A stretch of DNA of 64,000 nucleotides from Pelagomonas calceolata (Eukaryota). The notes under the pieces were generated by a model. The model worked only from the letters and a program-made list of their open reading frames with translations, was not told where the DNA came from and did not search any database. Positions 23,201-31,341 of the stretch are shown in pieces. A program made the position numbers and the translations under genes. The stretch spans positions 2,666,001-2,730,000 of the forward strand of contig CAKKNE010000002.1 of the NCBI GenBank assembly GCA_918797485.1, written 5' to 3'. Position 1 is the first letter of the stretch, and every line of letters begins with the position of its first letter.

Positions 23201-26200
23201 GCCCGCGTGGTCCATCCACTGCCGCAGGATTTCAATGGGCGGCTGGGCGCCGTATTCCTCCTTCGCAGGCATATTGAGATCATCGACAAACACGACACAT
23301 TTCTTGCCGAGGGGTGGCCCCAACACGCCCTTCCGCCTCTTATCGAGCTTGCTATCAATAATATCCTGGGTTTGGTTCGCCGACGTTTGGGCCGAGAAGT
23401 TGAGCATAATATTGGTAAACTCCTCGTTGTCTCCGGACATCAGCGGGTGGTTCTTGACACCCACACTCTTCCCGGTGCCCGTGTCGCCCACACACAACAC
23501 GTTCGCGCCACCATACAGGAGTTGTTCGATGAGCCACTCGTGGCGGATCGTATCTACGGTCGGGACCACGATGCTATTGAATTGCGCCTCTTTGGGGATG
23601 ACGAACTTGGCCCCAGGTTCCACCCAGGACGCCCAGCTCCCGGTCTTGCCGTGAAATCTAAAGTCGTGGATGCCCGACGACGCGTCCGGCGCGAGTTGCG
23701 ACTGGCGCTTCTCCAGACCGCCGTCCTCGTAGTCCGGGGTCTTGGACTTGAAGTCCTTGTACTCGTCGGAGTTGTCGATCTCCGCCGCGTCTCCGGATAA
23801 TAATAACCGTAAGAACGCGTCGAACTTCTCGCGGCCTTCTTTGTCGACCGCGGCTCCTACAGACCACGTCACCGCCATCAAGAATAACCCTTCGACCGTT
23901 CGCGGGACGTCCGTGCCAATAGTCTTCGACTCTTCACACTCGCGCATGAAACAACTCAGTAATTTGAGGGAGTTGCGCATCTGCTCGTGGAGCGTGACCG
24001 GACAAGGGGTCTTGCAGAACTTATCCACAAAATAGGTGAGAGGGGGGAACAGCCACCCATACAACTCCGTGACTAGTTTCGAATGTTCCTTCCAGGGCTC
24101 TTCCAGCGCCTCGCACCAGACTTGGAGGAAGGGCTCCCAGCCGACATTGGTCGCTTCGCAAAAAATCATACCTACACGACTGACCGTGGCGGGCGACGCC
24201 TCTTCCAGATCCTCGGCCTCGAACATCATCGTCATGCGGTCCGTCATCTTGATGATCTCGCCGGACATGAGACACAGTTTTTTATTATCATCGAGCACGG
24301 TGTTCATGTTCTCGATCCAGACCGCATCCACGGGACCGTCGAACATGACCCACTGGCGGTCCTTGCCCGTGTCCATGGCGCAGTTCCGGAAGATGACCGC
24401 CAGTACACCGTCGGACCACTCGTGCGTGTTGTCGTCGAAGTTGCCATATAGTTGGCCCGCATTAATGGACTTGGGGTTCATCGTGTGGATCACCACCTTC
24501 TCGAAGGGTTCGCCTCTTTCGGCGCAGGTCGTCATCGCATCCGCTAAACAATGTACTGATGATGTTTTACCAGAGCACGTCTGGCCGACGATCATGACGC
24601 CGTGTCTTACCAAGACCATTTCGTAGAGCTGCACGATTTTTAAGGTGAAGGTCGACTTGGGTTCCAATTTAGGTTCCCTGCCAGGAGCCACCTTGACGCC
24701 GGACCAGCACATCTCGTCGATCGTCGGGATGAGCGCCCCGTGGTCCGCCTGCGGCAGCTCGACGCCGGGGAACAAGTCGGACGTAATACCCAAAAATAAA
24801 GGTACGTCCTCCACCGTGAACTTTGGTAAATTCACATCCATCACGGAACGCAAAACGACCTTGGCCTCGTCCCACAGGGGGTCGTCGCCGACCTTGAGTC
24901 GTAAGTTACCACACGCCACGAGAATGGAGTTGACGGCGCGCATGCCGTAGTCGTAGTGCTTTTGGCTCGAGCATTGCTCGGAACACAACTGTAACGTTCG
25001 TACTAGCTTCTGGGCATTAATACGAGCGGCCTCGAACCCAAACGAGTACAATCTAATTTCGCCAATCAAAGCGTAATCCGGAACCATCATGGCGCAGGGC
25101 CGGAACAGAGCTTTTAAGTTATCGGGCAATTCCGCACGGCCCGCGTAGCCCGGGTTCATCGTGATGAACGGGTTCGCGTTGGTGTTTAACTTCATAAACG
25201 TGCCCTCGAACGTGAACTTGTCCACGCCCGCGGCCTTGCCCTTGTTGATCGTGAGGATTTGCTGGGCTACGACGGACAACACCTCCACCGAAATGCGGTT
25301 GAACTCGTCGAAGCAGCACCAACTACCACAACCCGCGAGGCCCTTGAAGAACTTGGCCATGGCCTTGTAGTCTAATTGATCAGAACAGTTGAAGACGACA
25401 CATTGTATCGATATCGCTTTGCTGAGATCTTTTACCGTTTCCGTTTTACCGGTACCGGCGGGACCTTCCGGCGCTCCACCGTAGAGTAGGTCAATAGCCG
25501 AGATCATCGTGCGGTAGCATCGATCCGTCAACGGTGTTACGACGAGTCTCATGGAATTGCCGAGGTACTCATAACCGTACAAGCATCTCGCATTCACGAT
25601 GCGCGCAACCACGGTACCCTCGCCCTTTTTCACGGCCTGGCCGTCCTTCCAGGCCGGGCCCCAATAATATCTCATCTGCGACTGCCACTGGAAGTCGGAG
25701 CACTTTTCAATCAACCCAGTAACCATCGTGACGTTCGTGTCTCTCGAGTGAATGTCCATCACGACCAACGCTGATAGAGTTTTTCGTTGGAGTTTCGAGA
25801 GTTGACCTCTAACAAGCATGACAATATCAGTTAAACCTTGATTCAAGTCCAAGACATACTTGTCCAAGCCCTGGTGGCCGCCGGCGTCAATCGCTTCTTC
25901 CGTTTTTTGGGTCCAGAAGATTTGCGAGACGGCCAAAATAGCTTGGGCCGGCCACTTGATGCACCAGTCGATGCGCTTTTGCTTCGGGTAGTCCTGCAAA
26001 GCTAGTTCGACTTGGCGTCTCACAGAAACCCACTGCAGGCCCTCTAGCTCCAAGAGCCATTTTTCCACATTGCCCTTGTTCGGACCGGACTCGGGGTCGA
26101 TGGGTGTCGTTAAATCCACTCGTTCACCTTCGGGCGAGATCATCTGCGTGATTTTCAGGTCCTTCTCGAACTTGATGGTGTTTAAGCCTTCGAAACACTT

Positions 26201-29200
26201 GCCTAGATGAGGCTGCACCGCTCGCGGTTCCTTCGACTGCGAGAGAATTTCAAGCATCTGCTCATCCGCTAGGAAGAAGAAGCGGGGAAAGTACAACCGC
26301 TTCATCTCCAGGTAGTCGGATAAGCCCTTCTGGATCTTGTCCAATTTCTCGTTGGCATCTTGCATCTTCTTGACTAACTGTTTGGACGGCTCCGCTTGGC
26401 TGATGAAGACGGGGTCCTCCTCGGTCGCCTTCATCGTCGACCGCCACAATTTATCGACGTCATTGAAGCGACGAGCCTCGGTAGGTAACTGGCGCATGAT
26501 GTCCTCCGACCCGAAGATGGGCTCCAGGTACATCCAGACGCGCTGCATGGCGATCCACTCGTCCACCAAGTTCTGGGCGTACTTGAGCTGCGATTCCCAG
26601 CCGCGCGCTTCGCCCTCGATGGCCTTGATGTACATGGACCCGCACATGGTCTGCGTCTTGACGATGTGGTCATCTAGTAGAGCTATAATTTCATCAATAC
26701 CGCCCACGATCGACGTGCCCGTCTCCTTGTAGGCCTTGACGTCGAACTCGATCTCGGCCCATTCTTGTTTCATAGCTTCCAAGTTCTTCTCGAGCTTGTA
26801 TTCCTTGTCGGCGCTCACGGTGATTTCTTGCACTTCATCTATTCTATCTTGAATATTTAGATCCAGCAGGAACTGTAGGGTTAACTCAGTACCGGTATTC
26901 TCGTCATACGGTACGATGGTCGTACCGAGCTTGTCCGACAATCGGACCCAGTGCCTGTCCTTCAAAGCGGGATTCGCCAGCGCCTCGATAATCGGTAAGT
27001 TCTTCTTGAACAAGGCCGTCTCATCGCGTAAAGCTTGCGCACATTCCGCCGCTTCGGGGCAGTCCTCCTCGAGAGCAGCTTTGAGCTTGTAGCTCCCCTT
27101 CCACCACGTGTCGACCTCCTTCTTGATTTTAGGAGCGTCCAATTCCATGAAATTGCCATGCTTATATTCATGTTCATTCGCGTGGTAGTCGCTGATCATG
27201 TTCCAGAGGTCCCAGTACGGGGCTAACTCCTCCTCGGCCACGTCCAGCTCCAAAAATTCGGTGGGAGGGAACCCAAAGACCTGTTCCCGATCGTTGAACG
27301 CTTTGCCCTTGGCCTTGGCCTCCAGGATAGAATCCTGGATACCGTTGACGATCTCCACATATTCCGCCTCTTTTTCGTAGTCGTCGAACCCCTTGGCTTG
27401 TTGTACGCGTCGTATGAACTCGGCCAAGTTCATCTCGAACTCGTTCTTTTCTAGCGCGAGCTTGTCGATCATCTTGATTTTGTCGAACTCTATTCTCGAC
27501 TCCGCTTCACTGGAAGCGTCGTGGACGCGCTTCGGGTACTCCATCGTGCTCCAGGCCAGGTGGACGTCGTCCTTTGACAGTTCAATGCCGTACTTGTGGA
27601 AGGACTCTAGTCTAGAGAACATCTTGTCTCCTCTCACGAGTGTTTCTTGGACCTCTAGTCTTGTATCAGCGATGAACTGTTTGAGAGCGGCTAGCTCTTC
27701 TTCGTTCGCCGGCTTCTGGACTAATTTCGCGAGGATTTCCTCATACCTTTCAATCGTAGACTCGTTCTCCTCTCGCGTCGTGTCTAGGATGTACGTGAGC
27801 AAAGCGTTCCGCACGTCGCGAGCTTTCGAAGCTAATTGCTGCTTGATCTCGGTGCAGTCCACGTTCAGCAAAGAAAACAGCTCCACATCTTCGGACAACG
27901 ATTCGATAGACTCGGCGGCGTCGTGGAACTTCTTCACTTCCGAGACCCAGGCTTGATCGATCGACTTCTCGAGGTTAATCGTAGCTTCGTGAATAGCTAA
28001 CTCCTTGGCCTCTCGTTCTTCTTCCTTCTCGTCCGGTAAGTCGTGGGCGGCATCTAACGCCTTCTGGGCCTCCTTGCCCACGTTCTTTGCGAACTGCTTC
28101 ACATGCAACGTCGGGTCGGCGGCGGCGACCCACGCGTAGTCGTTGTATTGTTCACAAAGGGCTAATGGGGCTTCTAACGCTTGTTCTAGCAAGTATTTGA
28201 CGTCGTCTGATGCCGTGTCTATCGTATTATCGATATCGTTGCACAATTCGTCATCACGCTTGACATTTAACAACGTTCGTTCCGGTAGTTTGATCAGGGA
28301 CATCAGGTCCGAATCGCACGTTCGTAACGTTCTTACAATGTCGACGGGCTCCATGATTCGAGCTAACAAAGCCACTTCCAAATCTTCGGGTGTAGGGCTC
28401 AGCTTAACCTTTGGCACGCCGAACCGCGACATCCTGCCCGACGAGTTCATGGCGTCCTGCACGTCAAAAGCGATGTTGAGCGAAGCCTGGAATAAAGGTG
28501 GAGTACTTCTACCCTCCGTCGCGGCGCCCTTCTCGCAGAAGCGCTCGACAAATGACACCCAGTCACTCACAGACAAAGATAATATATCTCTAAGTTGCTG
28601 CTTCTGCCGCAGCTCAAAGTGCCTCAGTAACTTCTTCAGGTCACCTCCCTCATACCTTTCTTCATCAGACTGATAGAAGTCGAAGGTGTCCTGGACGTTA
28701 TCAACCACTTGTTCGACGAACGCTCGGCGCCACTCGCTCGTCAGCTTGTCGCCTAGCTTTTGGCAGTGTTCGGCTTGGGCCGTGGCAAAGTCTTCTAACA
28801 CACAAGGTAAGGTGAAGGGTAGGGCTCCTGGTCTCGTGTCGCCGCCGTTCACGAGCGGCGAGATAGATTCATCTATATCTTCCTCTACTGCCTCTTGGAG
28901 GGGGTTCTTCCAGACGCGTTTCCTCTCTTTGATTCTATCTAAGGCTGCTCCATCGTCCGGTAGTAACATGAAGCGCGACTGGAGAATCTTCTCCCACGTC
29001 GTCGACAGCCACACGAAGCTATCTAATACAGATTTGTGGGCTGATAAGTGTCGTGCCGCTATAATAGCTCGGTTATCCTCATAGGAGTGCGAGGGGATCT
29101 GCACTTTACCTAACTCGGGTGCTGGCGGTAAAGGTGCTACCGTATCCTGCGGGAGTTTCAACCTATCGAAATCTCTTTTGAATCCCGGCTCGTTGATGTA

Positions 29201-30253
29201 CTTTCGTCGAATGATGGTCTTCTTCATGGCTCTCGCATACGCTTGAATGACGTCCGCCGTTAATGTCCTTAACAGCTGGCCCATTGGAGTCCCGGGCTGC
29301 GGAAAGGGCATGGACACTAAACCGTCGTTGACGCGCGCATGCACGCCTCGCAGCGTCGTCTGGGCGATGGCTCGGACCGTCGAGGCCGGCTGCTCGCTCA
29401 CGAAGTAGTCCAGCCTCAAGTTTCGCTTGACGTTTTCTCTCATCGCATGTGCAGAATTTCTACGATCATTCCAGGCCTTCTCGTCTTCTTCGGCAAACCG
29501 AATGTTCAGGCGGTGGGCCATGCGCTCCTTCTGGCCCATTTTCACCTTGAACTGGCGCAGTTCAGCATCGTACGAAACAATTTTAGCTTTTCTCCACCTC
29601 CAAGTACCCCCAGAAGCACCTTTGGCGTTCATCACGAAGTAGGCCGCGAAGCCGGGCACGAAGGGCTCGTCCTTCGGGTTCTTGCCCTTTTTTGCAGTGG
29701 CCATCCACTCCTCCGGCGACTTGTCCAGTTCTTCGTATTCCGCGGAGTCGAACGTTTCGATGGGCAATTTCGACTCGTCTAATCGCAGGAATAGATCCGG
29801 TTGCTTCATTTCTTCGACTTCCTTATCGAGTAAATCAGGAGGTAGGGGTGGCGGTCCCGCACCGGTCACGCCGTCCCAGCCCAAGTCCGGATCATTTTCG
29901 TCGGGTTCCTTAAACTGGCGGTGCGTGCCGTGCATATAAGCATACCTCGCAACAGCGGAGTCGTCATACACGTCCGTCTGGAGCAATTCAAAGGGAAACG
30001 CGCGCGGCGACTCAGGCTCCCGCGCGTCCGCCTTGCGCTGCCTTTCAGCAGCTTCATCCTCCAGCTGGGCGAAGGTCTTCCAGCCCATCTTGCGGTTGTT
30101 GGCATCTAAATAATCTTTTTCGGCGACGGTCTTCGCGGCCGCGATTTTTTTGCGCTTGACATCTTTGGCGCGTCTAGCGCGCTTCTTCGCTTCCAAGTTA
30201 AGCAACCATTGGGGCAGGGGCCGCTCCTGCATGAGCGTCTCCTGCGTCGGCAT
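17264..30253 (-). CDS. Axonemal inner-arm dynein heavy chain (DNAH1-like), 4329 aa, single exon
   Basis: P-loops GPAGTGKT, GQTCSGKT, GDTGTGKS and GVGGSGRKS; stalk coiled coils; C-terminal GVLSTTGHSTNF..HWIKRGVA. Confidence 0.95.
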   Translation of the reverse strand: MPTQETLMQERPLPQWLLNLEAKKRARRAKDVKRKKIAAAKTVAEKDYLDANNRKMGWKTFAQLEDEAAERQRKADAREPESPRAFPFELLQTDVYDDSAVARYAYMHGTHRQFKEPDENDPDLGWDGVTGAGPPPLPPDLLDKEVEEMKQPDLFLRLDESKLPIETFDSAEYEELDKSPEEWMATAKKGKNPKDEPFVPGFAAYFVMNAKGASGGTWRWRKAKIVSYDAELRQFKVKMGQKERMAHRLNIRFAEEDEKAWNDRRNSAHAMRENVKRNLRLDYFVSEQPASTVRAIAQTTLRGVHARVNDGLVSMPFPQPGTPMGQLLRTLTADVIQAYARAMKKTIIRRKYINEPGFKRDFDRLKLPQDTVAPLPPAPELGKVQIPSHSYEDNRAIIAARHLSAHKSVLDSFVWLSTTWEKILQSRFMLLPDDGAALDRIKERKRVWKNPLQEAVEEDIDESISPLVNGGDTRPGALPFTLPCVLEDFATAQAEHCQKLGDKLTSEWRRAFVEQVVDNVQDTFDFYQSDEERYEGGDLKKLLRHFELRQKQQLRDILSLSVSDWVSFVERFCEKGAATEGRSTPPLFQASLNIAFDVQDAMNSSGRMSRFGVPKVKLSPTPEDLEVALLARIMEPVDIVRTLRTCDSDLMSLIKLPERTLLNVKRDDELCNDIDNTIDTASDDVKYLLEQALEAPLALCEQYNDYAWVAAADPTLHVKQFAKNVGKEAQKALDAAHDLPDEKEEEREAKELAIHEATINLEKSIDQAWVSEVKKFHDAAESIESLSEDVELFSLLNVDCTEIKQQLASKARDVRNALLTYILDTTREENESTIERYEEILAKLVQKPANEEELAALKQFIADTRLEVQETLVRGDKMFSRLESFHKYGIELSKDDVHLAWSTMEYPKRVHDASSEAESRIEFDKIKMIDKLALEKNEFEMNLAEFIRRVQQAKGFDDYEKEAEYVEIVNGIQDSILEAKAKGKAFNDREQVFGFPPTEFLELDVAEEELAPYWDLWNMISDYHANEHEYKHGNFMELDAPKIKKEVDTWWKGSYKLKAALEEDCPEAAECAQALRDETALFKKNLPIIEALANPALKDRHWVRLSDKLGTTIVPYDENTGTELTLQFLLDLNIQDRIDEVQEITVSADKEYKLEKNLEAMKQEWAEIEFDVKAYKETGTSIVGGIDEIIALLDDHIVKTQTMCGSMYIKAIEGEARGWESQLKYAQNLVDEWIAMQRVWMYLEPIFGSEDIMRQLPTEARRFNDVDKLWRSTMKATEEDPVFISQAEPSKQLVKKMQDANEKLDKIQKGLSDYLEMKRLYFPRFFFLADEQMLEILSQSKEPRAVQPHLGKCFEGLNTIKFEKDLKITQMISPEGERVDLTTPIDPESGPNKGNVEKWLLELEGLQWVSVRRQVELALQDYPKQKRIDWCIKWPAQAILAVSQIFWTQKTEEAIDAGGHQGLDKYVLDLNQGLTDIVMLVRGQLSKLQRKTLSALVVMDIHSRDTNVTMVTGLIEKCSDFQWQSQMRYYWGPAWKDGQAVKKGEGTVVARIVNARCLYGYEYLGNSMRLVVTPLTDRCYRTMISAIDLLYGGAPEGPAGTGKTETVKDLSKAISIQCVVFNCSDQLDYKAMAKFFKGLAGCGSWCCFDEFNRISVEVLSVVAQQILTINKGKAAGVDKFTFEGTFMKLNTNANPFITMNPGYAGRAELPDNLKALFRPCAMMVPDYALIGEIRLYSFGFEAARINAQKLVRTLQLCSEQCSSQKHYDYGMRAVNSILVACGNLRLKVGDDPLWDEAKVVLRSVMDVNLPKFTVEDVPLFLGITSDLFPGVELPQADHGALIPTIDEMCWSGVKVAPGREPKLEPKSTFTLKIVQLYEMVLVRHGVMIVGQTCSGKTSSVHCLADAMTTCAERGEPFEKVVIHTMNPKSINAGQLYGNFDDNTHEWSDGVLAVIFRNCAMDTGKDRQWVMFDGPVDAVWIENMNTVLDDNKKLCLMSGEIIKMTDRMTMMFEAEDLEEASPATVSRVGMIFCEATNVGWEPFLQVWCEALEEPWKEHSKLVTELYGWLFPPLTYFVDKFCKTPCPVTLHEQMRNSLKLLSCFMRECEESKTIGTDVPRTVEGLFLMAVTWSVGAAVDKEGREKFDAFLRLLLSGDAAEIDNSDEYKDFKSKTPDYEDGGLEKRQSQLAPDASSGIHDFRFHGKTGSWASWVEPGAKFVIPKEAQFNSIVVPTVDTIRHEWLIEQLLYGGANVLCVGDTGTGKSVGVKNHPLMSGDNEEFTNIMLNFSAQTSANQTQDIIDSKLDKRRKGVLGPPLGKKCVVFVDDLNMPAKEEYGAQPPIEILRQWMDHAGWYNREENSYVQLVDIQFVAAMGPPGGGRTFITQRYVRHYNLLNFVPFNNESLTRVFSTIMDWALGKGYANPVKQLSGSVVEATINIYDTIAAGLLPTPMKSHYTFNLRDMAKVFQGITQGSPKEINAKDVFVSLWCHEAMRVFHDRLINDHDRDWFVAELSKGCSDAFGLDFEKKVCVKGLPLMFGSYLDYQQMPEKRMYKKVLLEEDLQESMDYFLKDYNQNSGSRMALVLFLNAMEHVSRIARIISQPYGNALLMGVGGSGRKSLTTLAVYVCDFKFCQIAVGKSYGRNEWGEDLKRILTAAGAEDGEGVPTVFLFDDTQIVYESFLEDVNLLLNTGEVPNLFVQEDLSVINDLLGPAANAAGVNTGIMAEMYKYFISRCRANLHVVITMSPIGDAFRRRLRMFPALVNCCTLDWFTAWPEQALRSVASYFLGDVDIEEDVKAGVVDVCVDMQERVSGMAVKYVAEMQRHYYVTPTSYLELINTFKKLLGAQRNDVMERKLRYDNGLEKILSTEAQVDGMQTELVALQPKLKQATIETDALLDKIAVDTKDANEVEAVVSKERALCNQQAAEASKIAADCQADLDKAMPALQGAIKALDSLSKGDIVEVKAMKKPPDAVKLVMEAVCLMMGVKPDKIKDPNGGTKKIDDYWGPAQKQLLGDARFLQNLKDYDKDNMDEKMVVKVNGYTQMEMFSVDVVKKASIAAAGLCKWVTAMMIYDAVAKNVGPKKEALKAAETSLKEASEALAGKEAALKAVQDKLAALQEGLDAANKKKGDLQASVTKCATQLKRAEELIKGLGGEKSRWSALSQELAGLYVNVTGDILLSSGVIAYLGAFVVSYREDALVAWKEQLSEKQIPSTDGFTLRSTLGEEVAIREWVINKLPNDEFSVENAIMLERSNRWPLMIDPQGQANKWIKKTYGETLKVVKLNQATFARTIENAIPFGTPVLIENVGEVLDPVLEPVLLKQVVVRGGAKTLKFGDGEIEYDDAFLLFITSKMRNPHYPPELCVKVNLLNFMATAEGLEDQMLGLAVACEEAALEQQREALVLEDAENKRALKEIEDKILYLLKNSEGNILDDEVLIETLKDSKIKSVKIEKKQKIAAKTFAIIAKTRIGYKPLAFHGSRLFFCIADLSVIDPMYQYSMEWYQALFVDAMEKAEAAPNLEQRLENLKNTFTYILYLNVCRSLFEKDKLLFSFLLTVKIMSGQGKLDAAHLRFLLAGNTAMDRERELPSTDWLTDKCWGDILAIGHLPAFDGFVDTFVGQLDAWKGVYDSKQPMADIQALVGPPAGRNEDGVKTGPNDRGYTAFQHLCLLRAVRPDAVVPEVQAFVKDEMGARFIEVPQFDLGACYDDSKCFTPLLFVLTPGADPMSALFALAEEKGFGGKKLHAISLGQGQGDIAYAAINEAQDKGTWVCLQNCHLCISWMPTLERLCEELSPDRISESFRLWLTSEPSPHFPAFILQNGIKMTIEPPKGVRANLIGSYTKVVTEEFIEGIERSGEFKKLLFGLCFFHALVRERRKYGPLGWNMKYVFSGTDLKISMDQLRIFFENLESDADVPYAALRYLTGECNYGGRVTDDKDRRCLANMLTDFYDVIIQPDEYRFSPSGTYYAPPEGPLGSYAEYVNSLPYTEGPELFGLHDNANITCALGETNLLLNTVLSLQPRSGGGGGMSWDDQLAEVSADIEGRLPPAYDIELALIQFPVRYDEAMNTVLTQELQRFNNLTDLIKGMLKEVQRAIKGLVVMSGELETMGNSMVTGKVPGAWAKAAYPSRKPLGSWVLDLIARLKFLQDWFDALVPPNIFWISGFYFIQAFITGTLQNYARKYQLPIDTVAFDFAILRPDEERKATAEKIPDGSVCHGLFFEGARWDVEKHVIAESRPRELYTTCPMFHMQPKVKGDIEEVIGRPELYTGAIRGTAHKYQVPVYRESARAGVLSTTGHSTNFVMFIRVPMAKEHTQQHWIKRGVAMLSQLDD

Positions 30254-30703
30254 CGTTGCGGCTGCCCTGGGGCTGCCTTAGCCCCAAGGACCAGCTCGGC
30301 GCGGCTGCGTCGAGCGCTGCAGCAACGGCTGCCCCGGCTCGTCCGCGAGCTTGCCGATGCGTGCGAGGGCGCCCGGGCAGTGCCAACCCTGCCTTAGCGT
30401 GCCCTTTTGCCGGCTTTCAGCCGCTCGGCGCTGGGCCTAGCCTGTAAGTCAGTAGTTAGCCTTCCTCGTCCTGAGCAGGTCCCGCGGTTCCCGCGGGCCC
30501 GGTAGGGTGGCGCGGGCATGCGGTGGCCGGCGTGTTTTATGCCCTCGAGGCTCGAGGGATGGGCCCTGGCCTCTGGCATGGGCAGCCCGGTCCCTCCTGG
30601 GAAAGCTTCTAGTACAAAGGCTGCTAAGCTTCCGGCCGTTCGTCAAAGGTCGCGTAAAGCCCCCGCAGTGCCCCAAGAGCCCAAGCCCTCCGACTGCTGC
30701 TTC

Positions 30704-30723
30704 CTAGTGTCTTACAGTGCTAG
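30704..30723 (+). promoter_or_regulatory. CTAGTGTCTTAC-N3-GCTAG motif, copy 5
   Basis: In the divergent dynein/ORF30847 gap. Confidence 0.6.
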
Positions 30724-30846
30724 GTAATAGCTGCTCTTTGCTCTAGCTCTTGCTGATATACGAAGCCTAGTAGCTCCAAGTATCGATAAAACCCATTTGT
30801 GTAACACATTTCTGGTGCAGTTCACGTCTGCAGCAACTGAGAGCGA

Positions 30847-31341
30847 TTGCTTGCAACAAGCAATAGCATCACGAGTGCTGCAGCCTTCAGAGGCGACGGG
30901 AAATACATTGGAGACGGCGGTGGGGCGCTGCAGACACTGCGGTGCTACTGCGAGTGGAAAGAAATTCGAAACTGCCCGGGCCGCTACACCGTAAGACGGC
31001 GGCGCGACCTCGCGCGCTGGCCGCCGGAACGCCTGCTCGCCGCGGCACTAGGCGCAGCCGCACCGCAAACCAGCCTCTGGCGCCACAGTAGCAGTACAAG
31101 TGACGCAATCCACGCCGTGCGTTTCGCGGGCGGCGGCGGCCTCCTCACGTATGCGCGCGCGGACGGTACGTTCATTCATACGTTCAACACGGAGAGCGGC
31201 CTCCTGCGCAAGATTGCTGCGCTGCGCGTGACGCCGGAGGTGCCTCAGCGTGCGCGCTGCGTGCTCGGCGTCCTTGCGTTCCTCGACGACCGCGACCAGA
31301 ACGCGTCCGCCTATGCCCTCGTAAGGCGGTTTGATGGATGA
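30847..31341 (+). CDS. Hypothetical protein (WKEIRNCPGRY...GGGLLTY...HTFNTESG) with no ATG start
   Basis: 164-codon open frame with a globular-looking sequence. No in-frame ATG; its stop overlaps the next ATG. Confidence 0.5.
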   Translation: MLATSNSITSAAAFRGDGKYIGDGGGALQTLRCYCEWKEIRNCPGRYTVRRRRDLARWPPERLLAAALGAAAPQTSLWRHSSSTSDAIHAVRFAGGGGLLTYARADGTFIHTFNTESGLLRKIAALRVTPEVPQRARCVLGVLAFLDDRDQNASAYALVRRFDG

